DNA of 63,960 nucleotides, filler included, from Piptocephalis cylindrospora (GCA_003614145.1; 5 parts of 5 records of this genome joined end to end with filler, not necessarily neighbours in it); one strand, 5' to 3'. Positions 24,736 through 37,636 are shown, numbered from the whole stretch's first letter. Notes: a model not told the origin generated them from the letters alone. Translations and numbers: made by a program.

Positions 24736-25875
24736 GTATCTTGTCTCGGGGTGAAGTGAGGAGGAGGAGGAGAAGTGGATGGATGGATGGAGTAGAGAGA
24801 AGGAAAAGTACAAGACTAAGAGAGAGAGAGTGCGTGTGTTTGTGTGTGCAGGTGGAGAGGAGGGAAAAGAAATGATGGCTAGGAGGAAAGAAAGAAGGAT
24901 TGAGCCAAGCAAGGATCCCTGAGCGATGATTATTATTACCCCTCGCTCGAAACCCCCATCTCCCTGGGCTGATCCACAGCCCTTCCAACCGTCATGAGCA
25001 GCTGCAGGATGGCTTGGGCACTGAGTACTTGACTGGGGAGGGGAGACAGCAGGGCGGGGTGGGACGGGGATAGCATGCCCCAGACTAGCTGGGTAGTTGT
25101 CAGGGTCTACCAGCTGTGTGGGTGTATCTGTGTATGTCGGAGCCTTGATCTGTCTCTCGCAGTAAGAGTGTGCGTGTGTAGACGATGGGTGGTCGAACAG
25201 GACTGGAACTGAAGATGTGGCATCTGGCTAACAGGGAGAGGGGGGAAGGACTGTGAGATGAGGTGCCAGCCAGGGCGATATACAAGTCGATACACCATGC
25301 TCCTGACCTAGGAGCTACGATCCTCAAGGAATTTACCTGGTTCAGTTGGGTAAAGATGATCAACTATTCCAAGGAAACCTCTGCGGCCTTCGACGCTAGT
25401 CAGGGAAAGGCAGCTGCGGTCGAAGGATGCGGATCTGTTCCGTTGCTCCCCCCCGTCGAATACGAAGTCCTATAGGGCATGGGCCCATACCTCACTCATT
25501 CAGGATCCCTATGCACGCACAGACCTATATGCACTGCTTAGGGATGGGCGAAGAGCCGCTGCCTTCCCTCTCCCCCTATGCCTGCCCTGTAGATTGAGGG
25601 ATGGGATGCAGGGACCTTGAGTAGTAGGTAGACCGGCCACGAGCTGCATCCCACTCATACCATTAGTCCCTTGCTCCCAGCTCCCATACACACATCAGTG
25701 TCACGATAGCTAATGAAAAAAATCAATGCTGCGACTCCCTTCACCAAAAGATATCCTTGTGTGTGGCGTTGCGGGTGTATATATGCGGCAGCCTCTAAGT
25801 AAGCCCATATGTAGCACAAGAGAGAGGAAGTAGGTAAAGAAAACCATGTATTGCACCCGATGCATTCAATAAAGT

Positions 25876-25975
25876 NNNNNNNNNNNNNNNNNNNNNNNNN
25901 NNNNNNNNNNNNNNNNNNNTTAATTAATTAANNNNNNNNNNNNNNNNNNNNNNNNNNNNNNNNNNNNNNNNNNNN
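25876..25975. other. Artificial contig linker
   Basis: N-run/TTAATTAATTAA/N-run. Confidence 0.97.
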
Positions 25976-26375
25976 AGAAATGGGAGGAGAAATGGGGGAA
26001 GTTGCAGGAGAAGATAGGAGGGATCGGAAGGTCCATGGAGGAAGCGACGATATTGTGAGGAAAGTTTCTGAATCATTTTGAGATGAATCTGTGAAGACAT
26101 AGGAAAAAGGGGAAATTGTAATTTTCCCAATACATTTCGCTGTTTACTACATCCATGGGTAAATTTAGAGAGAGGGGATATAAACGACCATGAAGTCTTC
26201 ACAGTAGAGAGCAAAGCAAGCATCAGCCTGTGTCCTGGCAGGGTAGGTAGCACGCACAGTAGAATAACGGTCTCCTGAAAGGTCAAGACCCCCCATCACA
26301 TCTTGGGCGGGGAGGTAAGGGCAAATTCAGGATCTTGCTACTCTCTAGCATCTTTCTTCCACACACACACTACCT

Positions 26376-26918
26376 ATGACTGATCCTGAATTTGACGTGG
26401 AAAACCTCATTCATCTCGAGGATATGTAAGCGACACGGGGATCTAATGAGAATGAGGAATCTCAACGCGTTCTGACCCATCTCATATCTTCAAGGTTCTC
26501 CGCCCATGGTCGAGAGGACGGATTACGAGATGGACAAATTACGGGAAAATGGGAGGGTCAGATGCTCGGGTGTGAAAAAGGCTTTGAGCTTGCCCGCGAA
26601 CTCGGGTATTACGCCTCCTTTGCTGAGACTTGGATGGCTCTTACAGCTGCGTATCCCGAGGAGCTGATGGGGAAAAAGCGGGCCCAGCGGCAGCTCGAGG
26701 CCCTTCGCCAAGCTGCCCTGACCCTACCCTTGGAGAATGCCCAGGATCTCGAGATGGACCGGATGGTAGAGAAAGCGCGGGCTAAATTCCGAGCAGCCAC
26801 AGCTTCCTTGGGTATCTCTCGTCAGGTGCGGTATCGACCCGAGGGACAAGTCCAAGAACCTGAGGAAGGTGAGGAAGGGGGGGATGGGAGGAGTAAGAGA
26901 CCCATCCTTAGCTTCTAG
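26376..26918 (+). CDS. LTO1: Lto1/ORAOV1 (Yae1-family deca-GX3) Fe-S delivery adaptor
   Basis: Two exons: MTDPEFDVENLIHLEDM|FSAHGREDGLRDGQITGKWEGQMLGCEKGFELARELGYY. Confidence 0.85.
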
Positions 26919-27000
26919 ATGGGGGAGATATCTCCTTTGAAAGGAGGGTAATAAAGCATGAAAGCAAATTCATTGATGTAAGCCTCTCTATCGATTATCT

Positions 27001-27092
27001 TTCCTCTTGTCCTCCTTTATCTTTCCTCTTGTCCCCCTTCATCATTCCTCTTGTCCCCCTTCATCATTCCTCTTGTCCCCCTTCATCATTCC
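27001..27092. repeat. 22-bp tandem repeat (~4.2 copies) overlapping the COX19 stop codon
   Basis: TTCCTCTTGTCCCCCTTCATCA at 27023, 27045 and 27067, plus a degenerate copy at 27001. Confidence 0.9.
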
Positions 27093-27506
27093 TGGGTCCT
27101 TCTTAGTTGGATCATCAGAAGGATCGAGTTGATCTGAACGGAAGCCCAGGTTTCTCATGTCATCCTGATCCATGAGACCTCTATGGTAATAAGAGGGAGG
27201 TAAGGTCTAAGAGAATTATACATATCACATTCCCATACACCTCCCGTTCATCTTACCTATCCATACGACATTTTAAGTAAGCCTCACTCAAATGTCTACA
27301 CGCTCCGTTGTTGCTTCTATTAGCTTGTAGACACTTCATGTACTCTTGCATCATCTCCTTGCATAGTCCTGTGGATGCGGGAGGATGAATAACAGCATGG
27401 AAAGCAAAGATATCGAGCCCCTACCTTCATGATCCAGCGGGAAAGAACCCCGATCAGGAGGAGTGGCCTTAAATGGGTTGACGTTTGGGGGTCTACCGAA
27501 GCTCAT
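27042..27506 (-). CDS. COX19: Cytochrome c oxidase assembly factor Cox19 (twin CX9C)
   Basis: Three exons: PPDRGSFPLDHEGLCKEMMQEYMKCLQANRSNNGACRHLSEAYLKCRMDRGLM..LGF. Confidence 0.95.
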
Positions 27507-27731
27507 GGGACGACTGGGATGAGAAGAAAGGAGATGGATGAGGTAAAGTGAGACGAGCAGGTAGCCAAAGTAAAAAAAAAGGACAACAGCGTAGTTAAAC
27601 CCTTCATAAACAAAAACACACACGCATTGACCTTTTACACCCGATTGACACAACCCTAAAGCCACGATCCCCTTTCCTCTCCTCCTTTCCAACTCCTCCA
27701 CCCTCCTCATACTCACTATCCTTTACTCCTC

Positions 27732-28765
27732 ATGTCAACACATACTCATAAAAAAGGTTCGGGAAGCCAGGGCGCCCCAGGGATGCTTCATACCCTATCC
27801 AACCCTTCCACATCGTCCAACCACCCAGGAGGATCCTCCACGGCCAACAGCACCTATGAGTGTAGTTTGCATGGCCTAGTACCTCCCCATCTTCTCCCTA
27901 CCCTCTTAACTCGACTAACCCATACGTGTGGAAAGGACCGGTACACTCGCTTTGCCGAGCATGACATTGCTCACTTTCCCATGGGTAAGTACGAGGTGGT
28001 ATTTGCTGCTTTGGGAGCCCGAACATGGATCACATCTCGCTCATCCACCCTGAATTAGTTCTTGGAGCTCGGAGGACCGATGATTCCCAGATTCGCCTTG
28101 TAAGGCCCTTGAAGGTGTCTAATGACGGCATCATCACCACGACCCGACCAGTTCACGATACCTTGGAATGGTAATGGACAATGTCATGTAACCTCATCTC
28201 ATACTCAACCTAACAGTCCTATCTATCCTAGGGAATTACGGATGTTTGGGCATCCAGAGAGACATGAAGAGGAAGAAGAAGGGATGCCAGAGGCCTCAAA
28301 ACCCCCTCAGCCCCTGGTCACACAGAGACAAGTAGTGCGTGTGCCCATGATGGGCGATCCCGTGGCCTTTATGCCTAGCCTTGGCTACACCTTCGCTTTT
28401 GAGCATATCCGACGGGGTCATCTCTTCTTTTATGAAGAGTCCATTCGAGTCACAGTAACCCAAGCGCTACAATCTGTACGTATTAGGGAGTTTGGTGCTC
28501 CTCGCAATCTCTCTCTCTCCATCTCATGGTTTCCATTTCTCCATAGCCCACGGAAAGATATCAAGTGGCCTCGGCCATGGACCCGGATGCCAAGGACCCA
28601 TGGTTGGTGGAGGCCACTTCCCTCCCGACTACCATGGCCGGGACTCAGGACATGACCGGTCGCCTTATCCGGTTGAAGGAGGCCCTTCGGGGCATGACAG
28701 ATCTTCGGGTCGTGGGTCATACCCACCTTCAACATTTAGTGTCGGATGATGCGATGAATGGATAA
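27732..28765 (+). CDS. MED18: Mediator subunit 18 (Srb5)
   Basis: Four exons: YECSLHG..WELRMFGHPE..FMPSLGYTFAFEHIRRGHLF..WLVEA..LKEALRGMTDL. Confidence 0.85.
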
Positions 28766-28846
28766 TAATTTCAAGAAGGGCGGGAAGAAGAGAGGAGAGA
28801 AGAGAAGAGAAGAGAAGAGAGCACGAGGACTCTCACTAATGTATGT

Positions 28847-30379
28847 TTATTCATCGGCCACTATTTCTACAATGCGACCTTCATTGGATGAAGAGGAGAT
28901 CTTGGGAGTGGAGCTAGGTCTTTCTTGACCTAGGGAGGTCCTCTCGAGAATTATCTTTCTCACGATGATCTGGACGCGCTGAACCATTTCAAACCATACT
29001 TCCTTGGCCCGGAGGCTTGACCGCACCACAGCCACAGCCCCCATCAAGAACCATACCTTTCTTCCTCCCATTTTTGCATACCCCTTGTCCTTCTTTGCTA
29101 TCCCCATCCTATCCATGTAGCCTTGCAGCATTCCATAGAGATCAGACAGGACGGCAAGGACAAGGGAGGGGGAAGTGATTAATCTTTCCATATCCTCAAG
29201 CGCCGTGTTCACCAATTCGGGAGGCTGACCTCGAATGCATGATATAGTCTACAGGAGGGCGAGGATGAGTTCCTTCAAGTCTCCACCCTTGTCCCGCCCA
29301 CCCCTACTGACCTGATCAGTCAGACGCATTATTACACAGGCCAATGAAGCTTCAAGATCCGTGGGTGGGGTCTTTTCTCCTCCCAAAAGAATGGGGGAAA
29401 GGGTCCAGCATGCCTTTATCCCACTACCCTCCTCCTCCTCCTCTTCCCAATCCCCACCAAGTACACGACCGACATAGGCATAGGTGAAGAGGAGAGATGG
29501 GAGATAATAAAGGACCAGTGGATTCCAGGGGGCTTTCGTTAAATCTCGATACCGAGGAAGAGGGTCGACAAGCATGGGCCGTGGAGGAGGTGGGAGGACT
29601 TGCTCCTTTTGCTTCTGACCGTAATCCATCTGTAAGATTTCTTCCCCCTCGTCCATATCTACAACCCCTCCTCTGTCGTCCGAAATATTCTTGGTATCCC
29701 CGAGAAATCTTGCATCCCACCATGGAAGGACCATTGCGTCCAAGACGCTCTCCACATGCTCATTTCTCCCCAATTCCTCCTCCTTGAAGTCTCTGTGAGC
29801 AAATTGGTCAAAGGAGGCTTTTTCATCTTCGGTCAAACAATCCCACATCTGATCAAATGACGCCTCGTCTATTCCAGGAGGGGAGGGAAACGGGTCATGA
29901 ATGAGCTTTCTCACTTCTCCCTTCCTCTCTCAGCACTCAAGCCTCACCTAAATCAATCCCACTTAGTCGATTCATCAGCCCATTCATGTCCTCCTCTTCA
30001 TCCTCTTCCTCCAGATCACGCAGCATCCGCAGCATCTCTTCTCGATCCGCATCATCACCTCTTTTGCCCTTGAGATTGAGCATAACCTGATCCTTGTAAA
30101 AGGCCTCGGAGCACTCTTGGTGACTCTATCACGGGGGAAAACAGGCAAGGTAAGTGGATAGACCTCTCTAGTAGGTACAAATGATCTTACTGGTGACTTG
30201 AAGCACTTGAGGGTACAATAAGTAATATGGCACCTAGGACACGTATATCGCGCCTCCTTTTTCTCCAAGCATCTACAGAGGGACGTGTCGTTCAAAGTGA
30301 GTTCAAGAGTATAGCCGTCATGCGCCAATAGTATGCCAAGCACTTACATGTCACACTGACCATCCTGTCCTAGCGGCAT
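28847..30379 (-). CDS. ZNHIT2: Zinc-finger HIT domain protein (ZNHIT2-like)
   Basis: Five exons: CDICLEKKEARYTCPRCHITYCTLKCFKSPSHQECSEAFYKDQV. Confidence 0.85.
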
Positions 30380-30634
30380 AATTATGAAAGGTTGATACAA
30401 TGGATCAGAGTGTATGGACGATGATGTGGAAAAAGGATAAAGAATTCCTTGCTCAACAACACAACCACCCTCGCTTTTTATCCCTGCATGGGCCACAGTT
30501 TCTCTCTCCCTCAGCCCAGTGCCTCCCTCAACCTCGCGCACACTTAGACTCACCTGGGTTCATTTATAGTCTGCTTCAGGTGGATCCCAGGTTCAACTTC
30601 TCTCTTGCCTTCCCTCCTACTCACCTTCTCCTCA

Positions 30635-31883
30635 ATGCAGACGCGTTTCCTGATTAAACTACTTGTCGCGTGTACTGCGTGCTCCGTCATGCTTGGTTTA
30701 GATGGTGTGGAAGCTGCTGGAACGAAGAGCGCCAAGGCTGTCTCTTCCTCCTCTTCCACCATCAAGACCACCTCTACCACCGAAGAAAAGGCCAAGTCAA
30801 CTGATACTCCTGTAAGCCTTCTTTTTCCTTTCTCCATTACCCCATTGGCTCATCCTCCCCTCAGGTCACCAAGGCCAAGGAGACTCCTCTCAGAGGGACT
30901 TTGCACCTGGCTTCCCCCTTGGACCTTTCCTTTGCCTCGGCTGACGGTATGAGCGACACCAAGGAAAGGTATGTTTATGGACCCTATCAGCTATATCATC
31001 AGACTCTCTTCATTTCAACCACTCATCCCCTCTCTGTCCATTAGCCTCACCTACCCAGAGCAATTGAATCGACGTCTCTCCCTAGCCCAGGGTGACCTCC
31101 TCAAGCTCTCCTTCCGCCTTCACCTTATTCCCGAGGGCTCCTCAGAGGGTGATGAGGGCAAGCCGCACAAGGCTCATCAGGCCTTCCTACGACTTCGTCA
31201 CATTGAGACGGGCGATGAGGTGTCCAGGCCTTTTTCCTCCTCAGCTGCTACCGGTCGTTACAAACTGGATCTGGTATGAACATTTCTCTCCCTCTTCCTT
31301 CCCCTCATCCTCCTCACTCATTTATCCCGTTTCATAGAAACTCAAGAGGGGTGGAACTTTTTTCAAGAACCATCCAGGTAGGCTAGAGGTCACTCTGATC
31401 ATTGGTTCCTTCCAATCCTCCTCCCCCATCATCTATCCTCTGGGAGAAATCACTTCAGCTTTTCCCGATCTTTCTCAGAATAAAGATGCCCCGGAATTTT
31501 CCCCAGAGGATGAGGAATGGACCTTACGTCCTGAGATTCATCACATCTTCCGTGAGGATCAGAAGATGCCCCCCCTCTTCCTCTCCCAAGTTTTTGCTGC
31601 CCTTACCTTCTCCCCCTGGCTTCTTCTTCTTCCTCTCTGGGCCTACCTTGGAGCCAATACCAAACGTGCCCCTTGGTCATCCCCCATCGAACTGGCCTCG
31701 AATATCCTCTTCCTTGGGTCCCTCGTGGGGTTTGCCTATATCTACGCCATGTACTGGCTACGCGTCACCCTCTTCCCTACCCTCGGGGCCCTAGCTGCCG
31801 TTGGGCTCGTGGCCCTCTTCACCGGTCAGCATTCCCTAAGTGCCCTTGCTCGTCGTCGGGTTAAGGAAACCAAGAAGGAATGA
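30635..31883 (+). CDS. SWP1: Oligosaccharyltransferase subunit delta / ribophorin II
   Basis: Four exons. Signal peptide, AHQAFLRL, RPEIHHIFREDQKMPP, three C-terminal TM segments, YWLRVTLFPTL. Confidence 0.92.
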
Positions 31884-32082
31884 TGTCTACATTGATCGTT
31901 TGATGAGGAGGGTTTCTTTAAGGATGCAGTAGAAAATATAAGTTGACTGATCTGGATGTGAAGGCTGCCGTGTACTTCATACCTCTCCAGGATATTTAAT
32001 CACTCATCACCAACGCTCGAACATAGTTCAATACTTAAAAATCAATTTTAATCATCATCAGCAATTCACCTTCTTACTGTCA

Positions 32083-33108
32083 TCACACAGGCTTGCCCTT
32101 TTCTAACTCCATATCGGTCATCAATCGCTCAAGCTGATCCTCCTTCTCCTGGACCTTACGTGCCTCTCGAGCTTCCATAGTCTTATTCAGGGCAGGGAGA
32201 TACTCGGTCCAGTACTCATCCACTGCCTCGTCCACCGCCTGGAAGAAACCATCCATACCTTGGCCCGAGATGGCTGAGAGTCCGGCCACCCGAAGGGTCT
32301 TGTAGAACTCCTCTAGAACCAAGGACATACTAGCTGTGAGGGAGGCCATATACGTGGTGTCCTGACGCGCAGCCTCCTGGAAAGCCTCAAAGTCGGTCAT
32401 CCACTCAACGGCAAAGTCATGAGGCTTGACATCCACCTTATTGAAGGCTAGGATAAAGGGAAGCTTAGTCTTGTACATGATGCTACATGCGTACAGCATG
32501 TTGGAGATAAATGTGGCGGGTGACGCGGACCGGGGCGTGTCCACTACATATACTACCACCGTGGGGTACGACGCTGCCAGGGCTTCGGTAATGATGGTCC
32601 CAGAAGCCGACCAGGTGAACACTTCAATCTGTCCCGGGGTATCCACAAGGACGTAGTCCAGGTTCGGGGCCCTCTTATCCACAAGGTTCAGGACCTGATC
32701 AAACTTGGTGGTGAAGAGGTTAAGGGAGGTGAGGATGCCTCCGTTGGGCCCCATATTGTATCTAATTTGAGTAAAGTGAGTAATTCTAATCTATGATACT
32801 TCTCGTAGAGACTTACTGCTTCATCACCTCCTTGTACTTGACCGTATCCCGAATGTCAATGTTGGCCGTGTAGGGTAAGTTGGCCACTGCTGGATCAAAG
32901 TTTAGAACGTACGGAGGTTTCTTTTCCGCATGAAGATGAGCATTCAGTCTCTACAAAGAGCGAAGAAAGGTGAGACTAGCTGGTCGACAAAGATAAAAAG
33001 ATGTCTCCTTACCTGCATCAAGGTAGTCTTGCCGGACCCAGCCATGCCAATCACTAGGAGGACAGTGGGCTTCTTGGTCCGATCAGTCTCTGGTTTGGGT
33101 GTGGTCAT
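32083..33108 (-). CDS. GPN1: GPN-loop GTPase 1 (Npa3/XAB1)
   Basis: Three exons: [38 protein letters not shown]. Confidence 0.96.
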
Positions 33109-33543
33109 TGCAGCAGGTATAGACAGGTGAGGATGAGAGGAGGGGGTTCTTGGTAGAAATAGAGGTGGAGAGAGAGATGTGGATGAGAAGCAATGGATCC
33201 TGTGTAGAGAGGTATAGTGATTTAAAAAAGAAAGGCCATCGAGAGACAAAGTGTGATAGTGTACGCTTGGCCATGGACACTGGGAGGAGAAGGCATAAAC
33301 CACATGCTGTGCCAAACCAGGTCCAGATATGTAGATGAAAACCATGCAAAATTTGAAGCAAATTGGAGGCTGGGTCCGTGCAGGGTCGTCAAACAGATGG
33401 GAGGGAAAGGCAGAGGGCTCTCTCTCCTCGTATACGTATACAAACTCACGCATATATCCGAAGATAAGCAAGATCACAAAACACAAAACACAAAATCAAG
33501 ATTCATCCCCCTCTTTGACACTTGCTTACAAACGCATGACTGC

Positions 33544-35445
33544 CTACAACTCATCCCTGGCCAAACCATCTCCCTTCTTATCCTGACTCTTGGTCCTCTT
33601 CCGGGGCTTATCCTCCTTCCCGTTCAAGCCTCCAAGGACTGAGTCGAGTAATTCTTGAAGCTGCTTCTCTTGTTCCTGTAGCTCCTCAGCCCCATTCCCA
33701 CCTTCTTCCCTGTTCTTGTCCTTGGCCCCTGTCGTTCCACCATCACCACTACCGCCGCCGAGCAAATCAGCCAGATCAATGGCCATGGCCGCTCCCTCCC
33801 CATTCACGGGAACTCCACCTGCCAGGATAATTTTGGTTCCCTTATTCTTTTTACTCTTTTGCTGATTCAAAATGACCTGCTTCAGCTCCTCGGGACTCAT
33901 ACCCTCCAGTTCCTCAGCCGTGTACTCTCTGGGCGCCTCTTTGGTCTTTTTGACCCACTCTTCCTTCCCTTCCCTTCCATCCTCCTTGTTGTTTTCATCT
34001 TCCTTGACCCTCCCACCCTCCTTGGCTTTCCCATCCTCCTTGAATTTCCCAGAGAGAGATTCGGCCATGTCCTCAAGTAATTTCCACATAGAGTCCCCCT
34101 TGGGCTTTGCCTTCTCCCCCTTGGCCAGTTGTTCCCGAAGGGCCTCTCCCCTCGGATCACCAATCTTGGCCTTTCCTTCCCCATCCAAAGTAGGCCAGTC
34201 CTTCTCCAGTCTTTCTCGATCACCCGCCCCTTTGCCCTCACCTGTCCCCTTCCCAGCCCCTGCCTGCCCTTTAACCCAATCGATATACACATCCTCCTCC
34301 ACGACTGAGTAGCAGGACGCATCGAGAATGGGCGAATAGGCTGCCCCAGAAAATTCGGGGTTCCCGCACATCTTGTACGTTTGAATGGTCATACGATACA
34401 TGCACGTCGACACCTCCTTGACCCCAGTGATCCTTTCATCTCCAATAGGGCTGCACCGATACTATGGGTGGATGGAGCGTGTTAGCTTGGTTCATACATG
34501 CTGCACCGGGTATAGGCCTCCTTTGCATCGTAAAAAAAAGAAACAAGGAGCCGGTATGGGGGGGAGGAGTAAACTGACCTCGACTTCCACAGTCCGTGGT
34601 CGACCGGTCAACTCACACTCACTACCTCCAGTGTAGCGCCGAAGGAGCATTTGACGTGATCCGCGAAAGGCATCGGACCCCAAGATAAGGGAGGTGTCGG
34701 GAACGGGATGATCGGGCTCATCATGCATACTAGTTCGATCGTCCCCCTCCTCCCGACCCAAGAGGACGTCAAATCCCCGCTCCTTGGGCGTAGAGGTCTC
34801 ATGATACTGTCGGACATGCTGTCGGTGGCAGTATTCATAGGTCCACCATCCCTCGACAAACTTCAGACAATTCCCCACCAAGGGTTCCAGCATACCAAGG
34901 CCCTCCTCCACTAGATCGGTCCTCCAGGTTTCCCCAACCTTCTTCTCCTGCTTCTTCGTTTCTGTGTGTGCCTTGGGCAAATAACAAAGGTATCGTCGAC
35001 CATCCTGCATGCGGAATGGCATGAATTCCCCAGACTCTCCCTCTTGCCCAAGTTTAGGTAATCCCTTTGGCCAGCCATCCTCGTCATTACTCATCTTACG
35101 AGCATTTACCTAGCGAGGAGGAGGGATTTGATGGATGAGTCAGGATTAAAGGTACGAGAGATTAATCTCAACCCATATTAGTTTAAAATCACCAATCTGC
35201 CATCACTTACAGCAAGGGCATCCTCGTCGAACCCTTCTGGTACTGTCTTGTCACTTTGAATGGGGAACTTTGGAAATAGGGATGACTTGGGAATGAAAGG
35301 AGATGTTGTACTGGGGAAAGCCAAAAACATCTGGGTGGAACTGGCCATGTCCTGACGTGCCAGGGACAATGAACAAGGTAGACAAGGCAAGCAGTAGAAG
35401 TAGGGAAGGAGGGGAAGTGGGAGGTCTTCCGAAGGAAATGATCAT
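33544..35445 (-). CDS. YOS9: ER lectin Yos9/OS-9 (MRH domain), with an apparent +1 frameshift near 35251-35265
   Basis: Signal peptide plus DVFGFPQYNISF; MRH domain GWWTYEYCH..VRQYH..YTGGSECELTGRPRTVEVEYRC; C-terminal RDEL. Confidence 0.88.
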
Positions 35446-36412
35446 CCTGGTGAAACAAAAATGGTGTAAACTAGGAAAGAGACGAAGGGGAGACGTTGAG
35501 CTTGAGGAAGAGCGGATATAGGAAGAGTGTCTTGTCAGGATGAGAGAGGCATCGTGTGAGATCCTCTGTAACAACACATCTTCCGCTCCCCTTTTCACAG
35601 GGACTTTATCCTCCTCTTCCATGCGGACTACCCCACTCTTCACCTAGACTTCACCCCGCAGGGGGGGGAGATGGCCTTTGACATTGAAATGTATTCTTTA
35701 AAGGATGTGAGCGGAATAACTATGAGAGGGACAATCCAAGGATATGAGATAAAAAACACTGTTATTATTATTATTATTATAGATCAGTTTTATCAGGAGG
35801 AATAAACAAATAGGGAGATGGATCCAAATATATAGGGAAGGCCCATCAAAGAGATCCTTATTTATAGAGAAATCATCCTGGGTAGTAATTCCTTACTATA
35901 AGGATAAATGCAGAAATTTTTCAGATAAACAAGCCCTTTGATTCATCAGTCTTTGAGGAGTCATTCGCATAACCCACTTCTCATTCTTTGAACTTCTTAT
36001 AGGCATCTTGCTTGTCCTTCTCACACATGTCACTTAACGACACCCTAGTCGTTGCAATAGGATCTTGATCCAGACTGCTCAAGAACAAAATTGAAAAATG
36101 CCACCATCTCAAGAATGCCATGTGAAGACCAAATGGACAGCATTACTAGGTACACCCCACCTTCCCGAATGATTGATTCTAGAATCAAGTGATGATTAGC
36201 TAAGCTTGCAGATTTCGATGGAAATTATGCTTCAGAATTAGGGAGGATACGGAGTTCCCAAGGACTACCAAGTAAACATCACTAGAAATTAGCGCAGGCA
36301 AAAAGGAAATAGATTGATGCTGACAGTCAGGATATCTAGGAGTGCCCCGTGATACCCAGGATCTGCCTACTCCAATAGTATTTTCCTAATCGCCTATGAA
36401 TTTAGCAGCCCT

Positions 36413-37636
36413 TCAGGCTAATCTAGCCTTCCCAGAAGCGCCAGTCTCGCTGCGACGAGGGTGCATAAAAGTTGGCTTGCCAGGTTTCAACTCCTGTTCG
36501 GATTGTTTGTGACCAGCTCCTAAAAACGCCTCTCGAAACTTGGCACCTATACCCTTGTTTCCAGCTTGCTCGTTTTTACGTTCTTCTTTTTTACGTGCTT
36601 GTTCTTTTTTACGTTCTTGTTTCCGTTCAGGATTGCTTGGTATTATATAGACCCTATTATCATATTCGCTGAAAAGAATAGGATTTCCCATGGATGGAAT
36701 GTTCGTCGGAGGTTGCTCTTTGCTTGGTATATATACCGTCCTGTAATCGTGGTTAGAAGAAACAGATGAATCTCTAGATATATGCGAGCTCGCTCGGTTG
36801 GATTCACTAGGCCTATAATGATTGGAGCTCGCTAAGCTGCTGCTTGAAATGGACTTGGATCGCCTTGACTGGATGGATTCATTAGGCCTATAATGATTGG
36901 AGCTCGCTAAGCTGCTGCTTGAAATGGACTCGGGTGGAGTTTTCCGGCTGGATCTATTAGATATACGATCATTGGAGCTCGCTAAGCTGATGCCTGAAAT
37001 GGACTTGGACCGCCTTGGCTGGCTGGATCGATTAGATATACGGTCATTGGAGCTCACTAAGCTGTTGGTATCACTTTGACTTCCGATAATGGAACTGCGC
37101 TGGTCAGACCAATTAGACATAACACTTTTGTGCGATGGACTAAGACTGGAGGAATGACTGTAATCGCTCTTTGTATCAGACATCATGGAAGGAGCTCGAC
37201 TAAGGAGGCTACCATCACGGCTGTTCACAGAAGGAGTCTGGTTGTGCTGCTGATCACTGGTAACATTAGACGTGTGATAAGCCTGAGCGTGCGGAGAAAG
37301 GGGGTGGTCATACATGGGATGAGCCTGATTTTGCATCTGACTGTTGGACATCATAGCCATAGCCATAGTCATGTAATTCTGGAGGTGCTGCTGGTTAGCG
37401 ATGTTATGACTCTGGGAGTACTGCTGGTTAGGGTAGGTCACGGGCATATTCCCACCAGAATAATTAAAGCTGGTTCCCCCTCCTTGCATGGGCGCATTTT
37501 GCATGGGCACATTTTGCATGGATTGATAGTAGTATTGGGGACCCGTTTGCCAGCCGCTCGGAGTGGGGGCCGAAGTGGCGAGCGAAACCGCCGCTAGGAA
37601 GAGTAAGGTCATCAAAGGTAAAGATGAGGAGTTCAT
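36413..37636 (-). CDS. Intronless secreted orphan protein with 25-aa Ser-rich repeats (candidate effector)
   Basis: 407-aa ORF: signal peptide MNSSSLPLMTLLFLAAVSLATSA, Q/M/N-rich segment, SLASSN repeats, basic C-terminal tail. Confidence 0.75.
   Translation of the reverse strand: MNSSSLPLMTLLFLAAVSLATSAPTPSGWQTGPQYYYQSMQNVPMQNAPMQGGGTSFNYSGGNMPVTYPNQQYSQSHNIANQQHLQNYMTMAMAMMSNSQMQNQAHPMYDHPLSPHAQAYHTSNVTSDQQHNQTPSVNSRDGSLLSRAPSMMSDTKSDYSHSSSLSPSHKSVMSNWSDQRSSIIGSQSDTNSLVSSNDRISNRSSQPRRSKSISGISLASSNDRISNRSSRKTPPESISSSSLASSNHYRPNESIQSRRSKSISSSSLASSNHYRPSESNRASSHISRDSSVSSNHDYRTVYIPSKEQPPTNIPSMGNPILFSEYDNRVYIIPSNPERKQERKKEQARKKEERKNEQAGNKGIGAKFREAFLGAGHKQSEQELKPGKPTFMHPRRSETGASGKARLA
36790..37070 (-). 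repeat. 75-bp coding tandem repeat (4 copies)
   Basis: ATTGGAGCTC anchor at 36821, 36896, 36971 and 37046, exactly 75 bp apart. Confidence 0.9.

Noticed and set aside
25100..25700. Short ORFs upstream of the RasGEF
   Set aside because: No homology recognised and no transposon motifs.
26134..26147. ATTTCGCTGTTTAC repeated at 49511-49524
   Set aside because: A 14-bp exact match is expected by chance in 64 kb, although it contains a forkhead-like TGTTTAC.
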